A stretch of DNA of 63,881 nt, filler included, from Folioceros fuciformis (taxonomy: Eukaryota), in NCBI GenBank assembly GCA_049999805.1. It is 16 parts of 16 records of this genome, joined end to end, with 100 filler letters (N's around TTAATTAATTAA, not from the genome) between each part and the next. Parts side by side here need not be neighbours in the genome. Positions count along the whole stretch, not along the records: positions 32,982 to 40,273 come from JBNGIO010000578.1; positions 40,374 to 41,649 come from JBNGIO010000579.1; positions 41,750 to 43,475 come from JBNGIO010000580.1; positions 43,576 to 47,283 come from JBNGIO010000581.1; positions 47,384 to 53,254 come from JBNGIO010000582.1; 11 more parts are not named here. The stretch is one strand, 5' to 3'. Both the position numbers and the translations under genes were made by a program. Of this stretch, positions 38,982-50,941 are shown in pieces (the stretch's first letter is position 1; each line of letters begins with the position of its first letter). The notes below the pieces were generated by a model. That model did no database searches. It was given only the letters and a program-made list of their open reading frames with translations, and was not told the origin of the DNA.

Positions 38982-40373
38982 AAGTAAGACGTTGTCTTGG
39001 AAATAATGTGCTCTATTGCTACATAGGCAATTTCTTCTCTTTAAGGGAGCATCCTTAGTCCTTGCTCAACTAAGTTCAACTTACATTCAATCAAATTTCA
39101 ATCCATGGCAATGAGCTATTTGTTGCAAATGTGATTGTACAAAATGTATTGTGTATCAACCAAGATGTTATCTTGAACCCTCTAAGATGAGAATACAATG
39201 GCTTCAGTGCACAAATACTCACCTATGTAGGTTGGTTACTCCTTCATGCTCTTATTGTCAAGACTTACATGGTTGTGACTCACCTTCCTCTAGGTAAGTC
39301 ATCAAAGCTACTTAAGAGTGCCTACACTCTAGCAACCCTTGCTTAGGCCACATTCACTTGATGCCTCATATTCTCCTAGTCCAATGCAACCCTTGTTTGC
39401 TCCACGGTCATTTGATGCCTTGTATACTAGTCTTGTGCAATTAGTGTTGGCAACTATCTGGAGAATTATTGATCACCACCAACACCACCTAAACCCTAGC
39501 CCTTGAGCATCTTGTACAACCATAACCACTTATTACTTAACATTCAAACCAGAGGACAATAGGTGTGATGCGGTACCTTTGGAACATAATAGATGAAGAT
39601 CAAACATTTAGCAAAGCTAGGTTTGAGCATTTGTAAAGCAAGGACCCATAAATCTCATGTCACAAAACTGAGATTGAGCTATTATAAAGCAAGGATCCCA
39701 TAAACAGCTCTTACAAAGAGCATTAGCTAATAGGATCCATAAGCAATTCTTACAAAGAACGTTAGCTAACACAATTTTACAAGTGCAAGTCTTGCAACAT
39801 AACATAACTTAACATAACATACCATACCATAATATACCATACCATACGGGATGTTGGAAATGGTGAGGAGAGGCCGGCGAATATGGGTCATATTTCATAC
39901 ATAAAGTAGGGGAAAAAATGACGTAGCCAATGGAAGGGAAGGGTTGTAGACAGCAGAATTCCACAAGGATGGGGAGGGAGGAAAGTTTATGTATGTACAT
40001 ATTAGTAGAAAAGCTGACGTTGACTGCGGGCGTGGAAGGTCAACAGGGTTAGCGCGTGTAAACTGCGCGGGATGCCTTCGTCAACATGGACGCAACACGA
40101 GTCCGTGTGCGGTCCATGCGCTCTCTTGCGCGCATGGCCATACATGGCCATGCTCTGTCTAGGCCCAGTTGACACGAGCGGAGTCGCGAGTCAGGGCGAG
40201 TCGCTGGCTGGCGTTGCGACAAATGCACACCCAGCTCACATACCCAGACCCAGGCCCAAGCCCAGGCCCAGACNNNNNNNNNNNNNNNNNNNNNNNNNNN
40301 NNNNNNNNNNNNNNNNNTTAATTAATTAANNNNNNNNNNNNNNNNNNNNNNNNNNNNNNNNNNNNNNNNNNNN

Positions 40374-41649
40374 GGTTAGGTCAGAGAGAGGGGGTGGGGT
40401 AATTGATTCAGGTTAACCTTAGTAGACAGATATAGAGGGTAGGCAATATAAGAGGGGAGACCTGCCATTGAGAGGGGGCTGTCTACGATGTGATTTCCCT
40501 GGACCTTGTGTGCAAAACTCCTGGCTTAGGGCGCTGAGCCGGTTGAGACTAAACCAAGGTCCTGATTTCCCTTGCCACTAGGGGAACGTGGAGGATCCCA
40601 AGACTGCCAAAATCCGTGTGGCCGGATCCACAAGGGTTGAATGATTCACAGGCTGGCTGAAGTGAAGTGACAGGACCATGAGCCAGGAGGGCTATCCAGT
40701 CCTAGTATCCACACTACGCTTGAAGGCTACAAGGAGTGAAGCCGTTGTGTCCCAATTTCCAAGGGATAGCTGAAGCAAAGAGAGGAAGAGTTGGAGTGAA
40801 GTGCATAGAAGTGAAGAGTGAGTTGCTGAGGTGCAGGAGTGTGTGCTAAAGTGAAGGGTGAAGGGCTGAAGTGAAGAAGGAAGGACTGAAGTGGGAATCA
40901 TGAAGAGCTGAAGGACTGAAGATCTGGAGTGTGAGTTGTGTGGGCTGATTTGAAGATAGGTGTGGAGTGATTTCTTGCACCCAAGAACCACCCAAGGGCC
41001 ACACATCCCCTTATTGTCGTTGCAGTCCTATGGTTCGCTCCCAAGGGAGTGAACTAGCGCCAAGGAACACTACTTATCACACTTCTACCTATCAGCCGGT
41101 CTATAGGCCTGACCATACACACAACAAAAAGGGCTGGAAGCCTAGCCTAGTCCCAAATCAGCTCACACAACTCACACTCCTGATCTTAAGTACTTCAGCT
41201 CTTCAAGATTCCCACTTTAGTCCCTTCCTCTTCACTTGTATGCATTTCACTCTAACTCTTCCTCTCTTTTCTTTAGCTATCCCCTGGAATTTGGGACACA
41301 ATGGCTTCACTCCTTGCAGCCTTCAAGCATAGTGTGGATACTAGGACTGGATAGCCCTCCAAGCTCACGGTCCTGTCCCTTCACTTCAGCCAACCTGCGA
41401 ATCATTCAACCCTTGCGGATCCGGCCACACGGATCTTGACGGTCTTGGGATCTCCACGTTCCCCTAGTGGCAAGGGGAATCAAGACCTTAGTTCAGTCTC
41501 AACCGGCTCAGCGCCCTATGCCAGGAGTCCTACACACAAGGACCAGGGACATTGCACCATAGACCCCCCCCTCCTCAATGGCAGGTCTGGCCTCTTATAC
41601 TACCCCGGCCCAAGACCCCACCTCTATCTACTAGGTTAGCCTCAGTCCA
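40374..41649. repeat. Two R2 copies back to back: 40374-40960 (-) is interrupted by a copy starting at the 'A' terminus at 40961 (+)
   Basis: Long imperfect inverted repeat; TGTGGAGTGATTTC begins exactly at 40961. Confidence 0.85.
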
Positions 41650-41749
41650 NNNNNNNNNNNNNNNNNNNNNNNNNNNNNNNNNNNNNNNNNNNNTTAATTA
41701 ATTAANNNNNNNNNNNNNNNNNNNNNNNNNNNNNNNNNNNNNNNNNNNN

Positions 41750-42080
41750 AGCCCAAAGTGCTGAATGCAACTTGGTATCCCAATCGTACATGTGAGACAC
41801 AGTCACCTTGGTCAAGATGGTCCCCAAAAGACCATTGGTCTTCTCCGTCAACCCATTCGCCTTCGAATTGTAAGGAGTGGTCTTCCTATGACGAATGTTG
41901 AAGTAGGTGGTCAAAGCGGTGATGACTTCATTGAGGAAATGTGTACCTCTGTCGCTGACCAACTCCAACGGACACCCATAGCGTGTGATGATGTTCTCAA
42001 ACAGAAATTTGGCCACTATCGGGGCATCGTCCCGTCGGGTAGCCTCTGCCTCCACCATCTTGGTGTAGTAGTCCGTCGCA
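41750..42080 (-). mobile_element. Ty3/Gypsy integrase core fragment
   Basis: ATDYYTKMVEA, RYGCPLELVSDRGTHF, TTPYNSKANGLTEKTN, WDTKL..ALWA. Confidence 0.92.
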
Positions 42081-42083
42081 ATT

Positions 42084-43475
42084 TGAGGTGCTTTGCGGAA
42101 GCGTTTGATCAAAGTATAGTGCTTTACTAATTGATACAATTGATTACAAGTGATGGGCTTTTTATAGCCTGTGTCTGAAGAGTTGTACCACTTCGGTATG
42201 AGACACCAAAGGGTATGACTACGCTAGGTTATGCTAATCTAACCATAACCCAAGCAGTCTGTACTTCTAACTCTCCCTCTCAGACTAGTTGGGTTATCTA
42301 AATCTAAGAACTAATAATCACTTCCCGTTGGAGTATTGTATAAGTACTACGGTCTTCATCTAAACTCAACACACCGATCTTCACCAGTTGCAAGTTGGAT
42401 TGAAGCAAGCGGTCTACAATAGCTGTCAACTCTAAGTAACTGAACGTTCTGAGATAAGATGCACCTCACCAAGCTGCTACAGTCAACCAATCCAAGCCCT
42501 TCTCTGCGGAAGCAATGCTTGAACTTCGGCAAGGATTTTGTCAGTATATCTGCTGTATTGTCGTCTGTGGGTACATACTGTACCTTAACAATTCCTCTCT
42601 CAGCAACGTCACGAATATAATGGTGTTGAATCTCAATATGCTTTGTACGCGCATGAAAGATAGGATTAGCGATAAGAGCAATGGCTGACATATCACATGA
42701 AAGTGATGTTGCAGCTTGTTTTCTACAAGACCAATTAACAACAATGAGATACTTTTCCGGGTGTCAGCGTCTGAAGCCCAATTTGCATTGACAAAGCATG
42801 TCAGTAGCAGATGCTTCTTTCCGCTAGGCTTGAAGCAGAGGCCATAATTTGGAGTACCCTTGAGGTACCGCATGATACGCTTGAGAGCAACCCAGTGATC
42901 CTTTCCTGGATTCTCTGAGAATTGAGCAACAGCATTTACAGTATTTGAGATATGTGGTCTGGTTTGATTACTCAAGAACATGAGAGTACCAACTCCCATA
43001 CAATAAGGAATATTTTCCATCTCTTTCTTTTCTTGTGCAGATTGTGGACAGGTAGTAGATGAAAGCTTAACACCTACGGCGCTAGGTGTGGCTGCCGCAC
43101 ATGCATTCTCCAAATTGAAGCGTTTTAACATACCAGCTACATATCTTCCTTGATGGAGATAGATAGCTCCAGTGGCATCTCTATGTACATGCATTCCAAG
43201 AATATATTTAACTTTGCCGAGATCCTTCATCTCGAATTCTTTACTAAGGTCAGCTTTAATCTTGTTAACTAGTTCAATATTGTTGCCAGGAATAATTAAG
43301 TCATCAACATATAATGCAACCAGCACAAGAGAGCTGTCTTTGCGGAGTACATAGATATTAGTGTCAGCTTCACTTTGGATAAAACCTATCTTCTTGAGGT
43401 AAGTGTTCATTCTCTCATACCATAAACGTGGGCTTTGCTTTAGTCCGTAAATAGAACGAATAAGTTTACACACCT
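42084..43475 (-). mobile_element. Copia 3' part (RT, RNase H, PPT, probable 3' LTR ~42084-42272) inserted into the Gypsy integrase
   Basis: YGLKQS, LYVDD, TRPHI, FHARTKHIEI; minus-strand GAGAGGGAGAG near 42271-42281. Same family as 58134-62613. Confidence 0.88.
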
Positions 43476-43575
43476 NNNNNNNNNNNNNNNNNNNNNNNNN
43501 NNNNNNNNNNNNNNNNNNNTTAATTAATTAANNNNNNNNNNNNNNNNNNNNNNNNNNNNNNNNNNNNNNNNNNNN

Positions 43576-43607
43576 CAAACTACTACCCCAAACTTTGGAG
43601 GTTCACA
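43576..43607 (-). repeat. Repeat family R1 terminus, copy 2
   Basis: CAAACTACTACCCCAAACTTTGGAGGTTCACA abuts Copia RNase H coding sequence. Confidence 0.88.
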
Positions 43608-44084
43608 GCTATCGCGCTCACACAGAATCCCGTGTTTCACGCTCGCACCAAACACATAGAGCTGAAATTTCATTTTATACGGCAGCTGGTGGAGCAGGGC
43701 GATGTTCAACTTCATTATGTGCCGATAGATGATAACCCCGTGGATGCGCTGACAAAACCACTCCCGAAGCAGAAGCATGAGAAATTCAGAAGTGCGCTTG
43801 GGGTTTTGGAGGCGTGAGGCGTGTGCGTACGCAAGGTGAGCTTGAACGACGAGAGTGCATTGAGCGTTGGAGCGTGGAGTTTCGACGGGTAAGAAGGGAG
43901 AACGAAAAACTTAAATTAGACTAGCCTAGCAGTTCAAAAATAAAGGGAGTGAAAGAAACGTGTCTGAAGTGTGTGTTTCCTCATCGCTAGTAGTTTTAGT
44001 TAGCTTAGTTTAGATTAGGGTTACTGGCAGTTAGTCAACTGCTAACCGCCATGTGTTCATTATAAGAGGAATTTTCCCTTCTCA
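43608..44084 (+). mobile_element. Copia 3' end (RNase H C-terminus, 3' UTR, possible PPT and short LTR 43950-44084)
   Basis: NPVFHARTKHIELKFHFIR...DALTKPL; AAAGGGAG|TGAAAG...CTCA. The LTR limits are tentative. Confidence 0.7.
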
Positions 44085-45428
44085 ATACAGGTAGACCATG
44101 CATTCTTGATATTGCAAATTGCTCACAAGCAACCCACAACTTCAGCATAAGACACAAGGCTCATGTCAGAAATCGCATCCTGACTCTGTGGTGACATGGC
44201 TTGTGTCAATTTCTCCCCCACAGCTGATGGTGTGGTCACAGGACGAGCTGCATACAGATTAAATCGCTTCAAGATTTCCTTAAGGTACTTGGTCTGATGG
44301 AATATGATCTGACCTGCTTGCCTATTTCTAAGTATATGAATTCCTAAGCAAAACTGGAGTTCTCCGTGGTCAGTCATTTCAAACTCATGTCGTAACATGT
44401 CTTTAACTTTGTCCATCTGGCCTAGGTCATTACTCAATAAGACACAGTTATCAACATACAATGCCAAGATGACAAAGAGAGCACCTGAAGATAGAAGACA
44501 TTGGTATCTGCCAACCAGATCCTAGTAGCGTGCCCCTCCTTCTAAATGTCACGGAAGCATCCTAGTGCGCCTGTCGGATACCGATGCCAAGGCTAGATCG
44601 AACGCGCCGGTTTAAATCTCAGCCTCCCCTTACAGCGGAAGCATAAAAGCTAGAAGGATGAGACACCACCATCTCTGGTGGTGCCTAGCTTATCCAGGCT
44701 CCTGCCTGTGTTGCACTCGACTCGGCAGCCACTGGGTCCGCCACCTTCTGGCCGGCGCTCAATCCCATTGAGCACGATAATCTGCAAGAAAAGCCTCCTC
44801 CTGCGCTGCTCACCTGGTCGCCTCCTGCGCCTCCATCACCCGGAGCCACCGTTCGAAGAAATGGCTGTGTGGATGGCAGGTTGTACAGGCAGCGCGGGCG
44901 AGGTGGGGTAGAGACCCTAAACCCTAAAGCCGCATCTCTGTGACAAAGACTAGTAACTCTAGGGATGAATATATCCCAAGCAGCCAAGTGTGATTTGGTG
45001 GTTTTAGAGCTGTGTGTGCCATAGGTGGTCGCGGGTTCAAGTCTTGCTGCATGCATACCTCCACACCACATGTGTCTTATGTGGCCAACAAGATCCTCAA
45101 CCTCGTAGTTGGGGTCGCATCCTTAAATCGGATTTCGCCTTCCATCCCGTCTTCAGCTTTGCGATTCTCGGATGTAATCCCGCCTAGGCATTTTTTAAAA
45201 TCTTGTGTGGCTAGTGCATGGCTCTGATACCATGTAAATGGTGTGCAAGGTGTAGAGGTTGTGCGAGTAGTTGTTACCAAAATTGAATGAATAATACAAT
45301 GAAAATGTTTACAAAAATGTGTTTTTATACTCATGACCTAGATTCACGCTATTTCACTTCGACTAAACATATTTAATCTAAATTAAATGTATATAACCGT
45401 AAGTGTGATAGACCTTGTTATCTTAACA
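44085..45428 (-). mobile_element. Internally deleted Copia: 5' LTR (45233 to ~45428), PBS (45221-45232), leader joined directly to an RT fragment
   Basis: GCTCTGATACCA|TG; RT remnant ALYVDNC...EFEMTDHGEL..CLGI at 44123-44467. Confidence 0.75.
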
Positions 45429-46104
45429 CAAACGCTATTTAACGCCTACCACCATACCACTAGTTTAATTGTTAATAGATCATCTTTAATGCTTCTCCTT
45501 CTTCATTAGAAATTCTAACTTGGTATCACAACCACGTAGACACATGACTTTCGTGGCTGCAAATTTCTTGATCAGATCGATAAGGAGGTTGTTTTTGCTA
45601 TTAGAATGCTTAGTAGAAGATTGTTGCTCATAAACCTCTTGTCCAAAGGTTTTCATTATATCAACACCTCTCTTTGCATTCTCTAGTTCTAAACATCTAG
45701 TTTTGAATCCAAAATAATTACCCCATTGCCCTAGTTCTCAATATGAAATAAATCCTTGTGGCTATGAGAGGTATCCCCACTCCACTCCTCTTCTCGAGCC
45801 AACCATGGGGGCATCCATGTTATTCTCCCTAAGTAGGAGGGAGGGACAACAATTATTCAAGGTACATTTAACTTGCTAAGAAGGAAAGTAGGAAATGACA
45901 ATAGGAACATGTAATCAAGTACATGAGACCTAAATAAATTCTAGTAAGCAAGAGAGTCTAATTGTGTGTAAACTTGTAGTACTCAATGATGCTATGAAAA
46001 GTTCATAACTCGAGATACCCACGTTAGACATAGAAGATGAGAACCTGGTGAAAACGGTTACTCCCATAATGTACCCGGTTTAGTGATATCCATGATCATG
46101 AACT

Positions 46105-46290
46105 TCAAACATCCGCATAAACTATCATAACGTAGCCATCATAAACAACCTTGCATTCTAAGAGTGTATAACTACTAAAATTTTCCGCTACTTTCCTTGG
46201 AGGGTTAAGAATAACATGTTCGTAGATGGTACCCCAGGTTGGATCAATAACAACTATATGTGCAACAAAAACTTGATCCCCCTTGGTCAA
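46105..46290 (-). mobile_element. Degenerate RLE-type non-LTR endonuclease remnant
   Basis: TKGDQVFVAHIVVIDPT...K..Y resembles the PD-(D/E)xK 'D-V-x-I-x-D-P-T...K...Y' region of CRE/NeSL-like elements. Heavily decayed. Confidence 0.35.
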
Positions 46291-46558
46291 AAATTAATCA
46301 AGCCTAAGGGGTCACCCCATTAAGCAAGATGTAGGAAATTCCCTAATTGACAAAAATCTTCATCCCATAGCAATGGAGAACATGACATCTTGGACGGCAT
46401 ATATATATATTAGTGATATTAAAAACTTGTTGCAATTTATTTTAGATATCTTAAAAATTTATTAAAACTTAATTAAAATTTGAAGAAGAAATTTTATTCC
46501 ATTTGTCCCGAGTAAGAATAAAATTTATTCTTCATGTAATTTAATTAAAAATGTATTT

Positions 46559-47065
46559 TTATTTTTCTGTTAACTCACGATAACCTAACCAATTTAATGG
46601 AGATCAATAATTGTAAGATGCCATGTAACTCATCAATAATTGGTTTATCAGAGGGCCATAGTTGTAAGCACTCCTCTAACTTTTGTAGTGCAATATCCCA
46701 TTTGCCTTATATGTAGTTATCCACAGCAGACTCAAAGAGGTCTCGATAATCTGATGGGTGTCCTTTTAAATCTTGTTGAAATAATGGCAAATCATAAGTA
46801 TATAAAAATAATGGCTCCACACTTCCTTTTAATGTAACTCGATCAAGTTTTCTACAACAAGCTCTCAAACTGCTTTTTGTTAGATGAGAGATCACTGTCT
46901 CTGAAATCAAGATCATGACTCCATATTGTTTTGTTGCTGCTTCCAAGCGAGATGCCATGTTAACATGAGGGGAGAGATAGGAAGGATCAACTTTATGCGA
47001 AGACCCAATTGCTCCTTCAATTGCCCAACCTACATGCAATCCAAATCCCATGTGTATCCTATAAC
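46559..47065 (-). pseudogene. CAPE: Terminal exon of a class III adenylyl cyclase domain (CAPE-like) with two premature stops and a frameshift
   Basis: TTTTCAG| acceptor, then GYRIHMGFGLHVGWAIEGAIGSSHKVDPSYLSPHVNMASRLEAATKQYG...DRVTLKG. TAA at 46707-46709; the frame continues GKWDIALQKLEECLQLWPSDKP, shifts near 46640, then reads LLMSYMASYNY*SPLNWLGYRELTEK* (TGA 46604-46606, final TAA 46559-46561). Confidence 0.85.
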
Positions 47066-47383
47066 CTGAAAATGTGTGAACAAATATATTGATTTAAAAT
47101 AGTTCAAAGTAATTTGTTTGAAGAAAAACGCAATTACATATAGGATTATACTACGTAGCTTTTAACAAAATTGAATGTATTGAGATATTATGTTATCAAA
47201 GAGGAATGTGTAAGGTCCACAAAGATCGAAAGACTATTATGGGATTAGAATATTGAGGCGAATACGTCTCTGTGAGCCAAGGANNNNNNNNNNNNNNNNN
47301 NNNNNNNNNNNNNNNNNNNNNNNNNNNTTAATTAATTAANNNNNNNNNNNNNNNNNNNNNNNNNNNNNNNNNNNNNNNNNNNN

Positions 47384-47851
47384 GGGAGGGGAATGGGGGC
47401 GGCCGCAACCCCTGCCTCTAGCTCTAGCTAAGGCATGGCCTCCATGGCTGTTCATGCCAGCCAAGCAATCAGCCAGCCTATCATCAGACCCTGACCCCTG
47501 ACATTGACATACCCAGATGCCTGTTCCTATGTTCAAACCATTATATTATTATATTATTATATTATTATTATATTATATATCTTTAATTAATATTAAACTA
47601 ATCACCCAACCCTATGGCCTGGTACCAAACCTAAACCTTCCTAGGTCTGGGACCAGACCTATACCCACTCTCATAACCAAACCAACTATTTCCTAGTCAA
47701 TTAACCTAATTAACACAAAGAAAAATAGGAAAAATGACCAGAAAATAAAGGAAAATTAGGGAAAATAAGTTGAAATAGAAAACCAAACCATACCACTATT
47801 AACCCTTTTTCAACCAAAACAAACTACTACCCCAAACTTTGGAGGTTCACA
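47384..47851 (-). repeat. Repeat family R1 terminus, copy 3
   Basis: Collinear over its whole ~470 nt with 49967-50445; abuts Copia gag. Confidence 0.9.
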
Positions 47852-49966
47852 CTCTCCTTAAGTATTTCAGATGCTATGGTCATACAGATCACGGGATGTG
47901 AGTCTCCGAAGGATGCATGGGACATACTCATGAGGAACTATGGGAATATCACACATGCTAGGAAAATCGAGTTGAAGCAGCAGTTCAACAACTTGTCATG
48001 AGGTAGTAGATCCATACTCGTGTATACAGCAGAGGTGAAGACCATAGCTGATTAGTTTGCTACAATTGGTGCAAGAGTGAGAGAAGATGAGACGGTTGCA
48101 GTTACTATGAAGGGACTTAGCAAGGAATACAAGTCCTTTGACACATCAACCTCTGCGAGAGTTGAGTCCCCAAGTTGGGATGAATTGGTTGCTTTATTGC
48201 TGCATGAGGAAGTTAAGCTTGGTTTGAACACAGGTTCAGGTATGTCTCAAGGGAGAGACATTGTTTTGTTTTCTAACCAGCGTGGGAGAGGCCACAGAGG
48301 TCGTGGTTCATTCTGAGGTCGGGGTGATGCTCGGAACACGCAAAATCAATAAGACAATTGGCGTGGAGGAAATGCGCAAGGCCAGAGAGGATCTGGAAGT
48401 TTCAGAGGCGCAGGTAGAGCCCACAAGAGGAACAGATGGTTCTTTTCAATCTCCTGACCATTCCAATAGAGACAAGAAGTGTTACTACTGTGGAGAGGTT
48501 GGTCATATTGCTAAGGATTGCTATAAGCAGCAAGTAGACATAAGAGGAAAAGGAAGGCCGCATCGGAACTATGCCTCCTCTAGTAATGCTGGAAATGACC
48601 AGGAATAGGTTGTTTGCCATGCAACATCTCTCTGAACAGGATGGGCAGAATGATGAGAGATGGTACATTGATTATGGAGCATCAAACCACATGACTCCGC
48701 ATGGCGAGTGGTTTAACAAGATGGATTTAGGTCCTCATGGTCATGTGTGTACAGGAGATGACACACAACATGACATAAAGCATGAGGAATTGTTCCTCTT
48801 AGGATGCCAAATGGTCAGCAGAAGAGTCTGCAAGATGTGTTGCATGTTCCAAGCATTCCGAAGAACCTGTTGTCTGTTGGACAGATGGCTGAAAAAAATT
48901 TGCAGGTTCGATTCAATAAAGATGAATGCTTTATTGAAGAATATGACAGAGGGTGCAAACTGATTGCTAAATGTAGTAGGAATTGACGGATGTTTACTCT
49001 GGATGCATCCATTCTAGAGCTAAATGCAGCAATGTTTACAAATGATGCAGGTGCCATACATGATGTTGAAATATGGCATAAAAGGATTGGGCATGTGAAC
49101 ATAGAGAAGCTGAAATCTATGCAACATAAAAGCGTGGTGGAAGGATTGCCCAAGTTTAAGTATGCTGATCTTGGTCATGTGTGTTTTACATGTCAATTTG
49201 GAAAACAGTCAAGGTTTCCATTTGTGCGACACATGCAAAATAGCTCGAGACCTTTGCAATTGATACACTGTGATGTATGGGGTCCTTCACAGACTGCATC
49301 GTTTGGAGGAGCCCACTACTATGTCTCCTTCATTGATGATTTCAACAGGTACACGTGGCTGTACATACTGAAGCATAAGGATGAAGTGTTCGAGTCTTTC
49401 AAGGACTTCAAAAAGCATGTTGAAAATGAATTTTAGTTGCTCCATCTCTTGTCTAAGATCAGATGGAGGGGAAGAATATGTCTCAAATAAGTTTGACAGG
49501 TATCTTGCAGATCATGGTATACGAAGACAGCTGACTTGCAGATACACACTACAGTAGAATGGTGTTGCAGAGAGGAAGAACAAGGTAGTCATGGAAACAG
49601 CAAGGGCAATGCTGAATGAGAAGTGCTTACCTAATGATTATTGAGCAGAAGCCGTGATGACAACATTGTATGTACTGAATCAAAATCCTACTACAGGAAT
49701 TCATGATGCTACACCAAATTAGAGACTGTATGGCTATAAGTCGGATATTAGGCACTTGAAAGTGTTTGGGTGCATTGCATATGTGCATGTACCTGATGAT
49801 AAGCGTAGGAAGCTGGATCCTAAAGCAGTGAAGAGTATTTTTCTGGGGTATGCTCGAAATAGGAAGGCATATAAGTGTCGTGTGCCATCCACACATGAGA
49901 TCCGGATAAGCAGGGATATGGTATTTGATGAGTTAGCCTCCTGGTATAGCAACTCAGTTACACTAC
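47852..49966 (+). mobile_element. Decayed Copia gag-PR-IN (a different family from the other Copias here)
   Basis: CYYCGEVGHIAKDC, WYIDYGASNHM, WHKRIGH, IHCDVWGP, IDDFNRYTW, KVFGCIAYVHVP; multiple stops. Confidence 0.92.
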
Positions 49967-50941
49967 TGTGAACCTCCAAAGTTTGGGGTAGTAGTTTGTT
50001 TTGGTTGAAAAAGGGTTAATAGTGGTATGGTTTGGTTTCCTTTTTCTACTTCTTTTCCCTAATTTTTCTTTATTTTCTGGTCTTTTTTGTGTTAATTAAG
50101 TTAATTGACTAGAAAATAGTTTGTTTGGTTATTAGAGTGGATACAGGTCTGGGACCAGACCTGGGACAGTTTAGGTCCGGTACCGGGCCATAGGGTTGGG
50201 AAAGTTTGAGTCTAGGTCTGGTGATTAGTTTAATATCAATTAAAGATATACAATATTAAATGATTAAATAATGATAGAATATATAAAATAAAAAAATAAT
50301 GGTGTGAACATAGGAACGGGAATATGTGGGGTATGTTAGTGTCAGGCGTCAGGCTAGCTGATTGCCTGGCTGGCCTAAACGGTCATGGAGGCCGTGCCCT
50401 AGCTAGGGCTAGAGGCAGGGGTTGCGGCCGCCCCCCTCCCCCTCCCCTTTCTCCCTTCCTCCTTCATTCCCTGTTTGTCCCGCTTCCTCTTCTTCCCCTT
50501 CCCTCTCCATCTCTTTTATCCTGCTTCTTCTTTTGGATCCACATTGTAGGTAGACTGGGTGATGGGAATGAGGGCAAGCACAGAAGGAGTATGAGGCGAG
50601 CTAGAGGATTCGGCTGATGCAGGGCCAGGCCTGCCTCCATCTTCTCCCTAATTTCTTTTCCCGTTCCCCTCCTACCCTGTCCCGATTTCCTCCCCAATCT
50701 ACAGCCCTACTGCTAGATCGGCCTTGCTTCCGCTGTTGTCTCACTACTGGTGCTGCCATTTCCTCCTTCCTTCCTAATGTTTTAGGGACCGTATACGGTT
50801 TGTATATGTATCCCCCTTATATTTTATATGGTTTAGATATGTATTAATACGTATCAATATGTATACCATATACATATACCCATATTTCTTATCTTTTTAT
50901 TTTCCTAATTCCCCTTTTTCTATTTTCACCCCTATTTTTCT
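49967..50941 (+). repeat. Repeat family R1, longest copy (4), truncated at ~50941 where it is fused to Copia RT
   Basis: Begins TGTGAACCTCC. On the right, the minus-strand Copia frame (G*IVLHQTKY) extends to ~50942, so no second terminus is visible. Confidence 0.85.

Noticed and set aside
46604-46709. Stops in the AC exon repaired by U-to-C RNA editing
   Set aside because: Reverse editing in hornworts, lycophytes and ferns is organellar. This is a nuclear spliced gene and it also has a frameshift.
47384-50941. Composite transposon of inverted R1 copies carrying a Copia fragment
   Set aside because: The R1 termini face the Copia fragment and the outer ends are lost to a gap and a deletion. 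Independent nested insertions explain it more simply.
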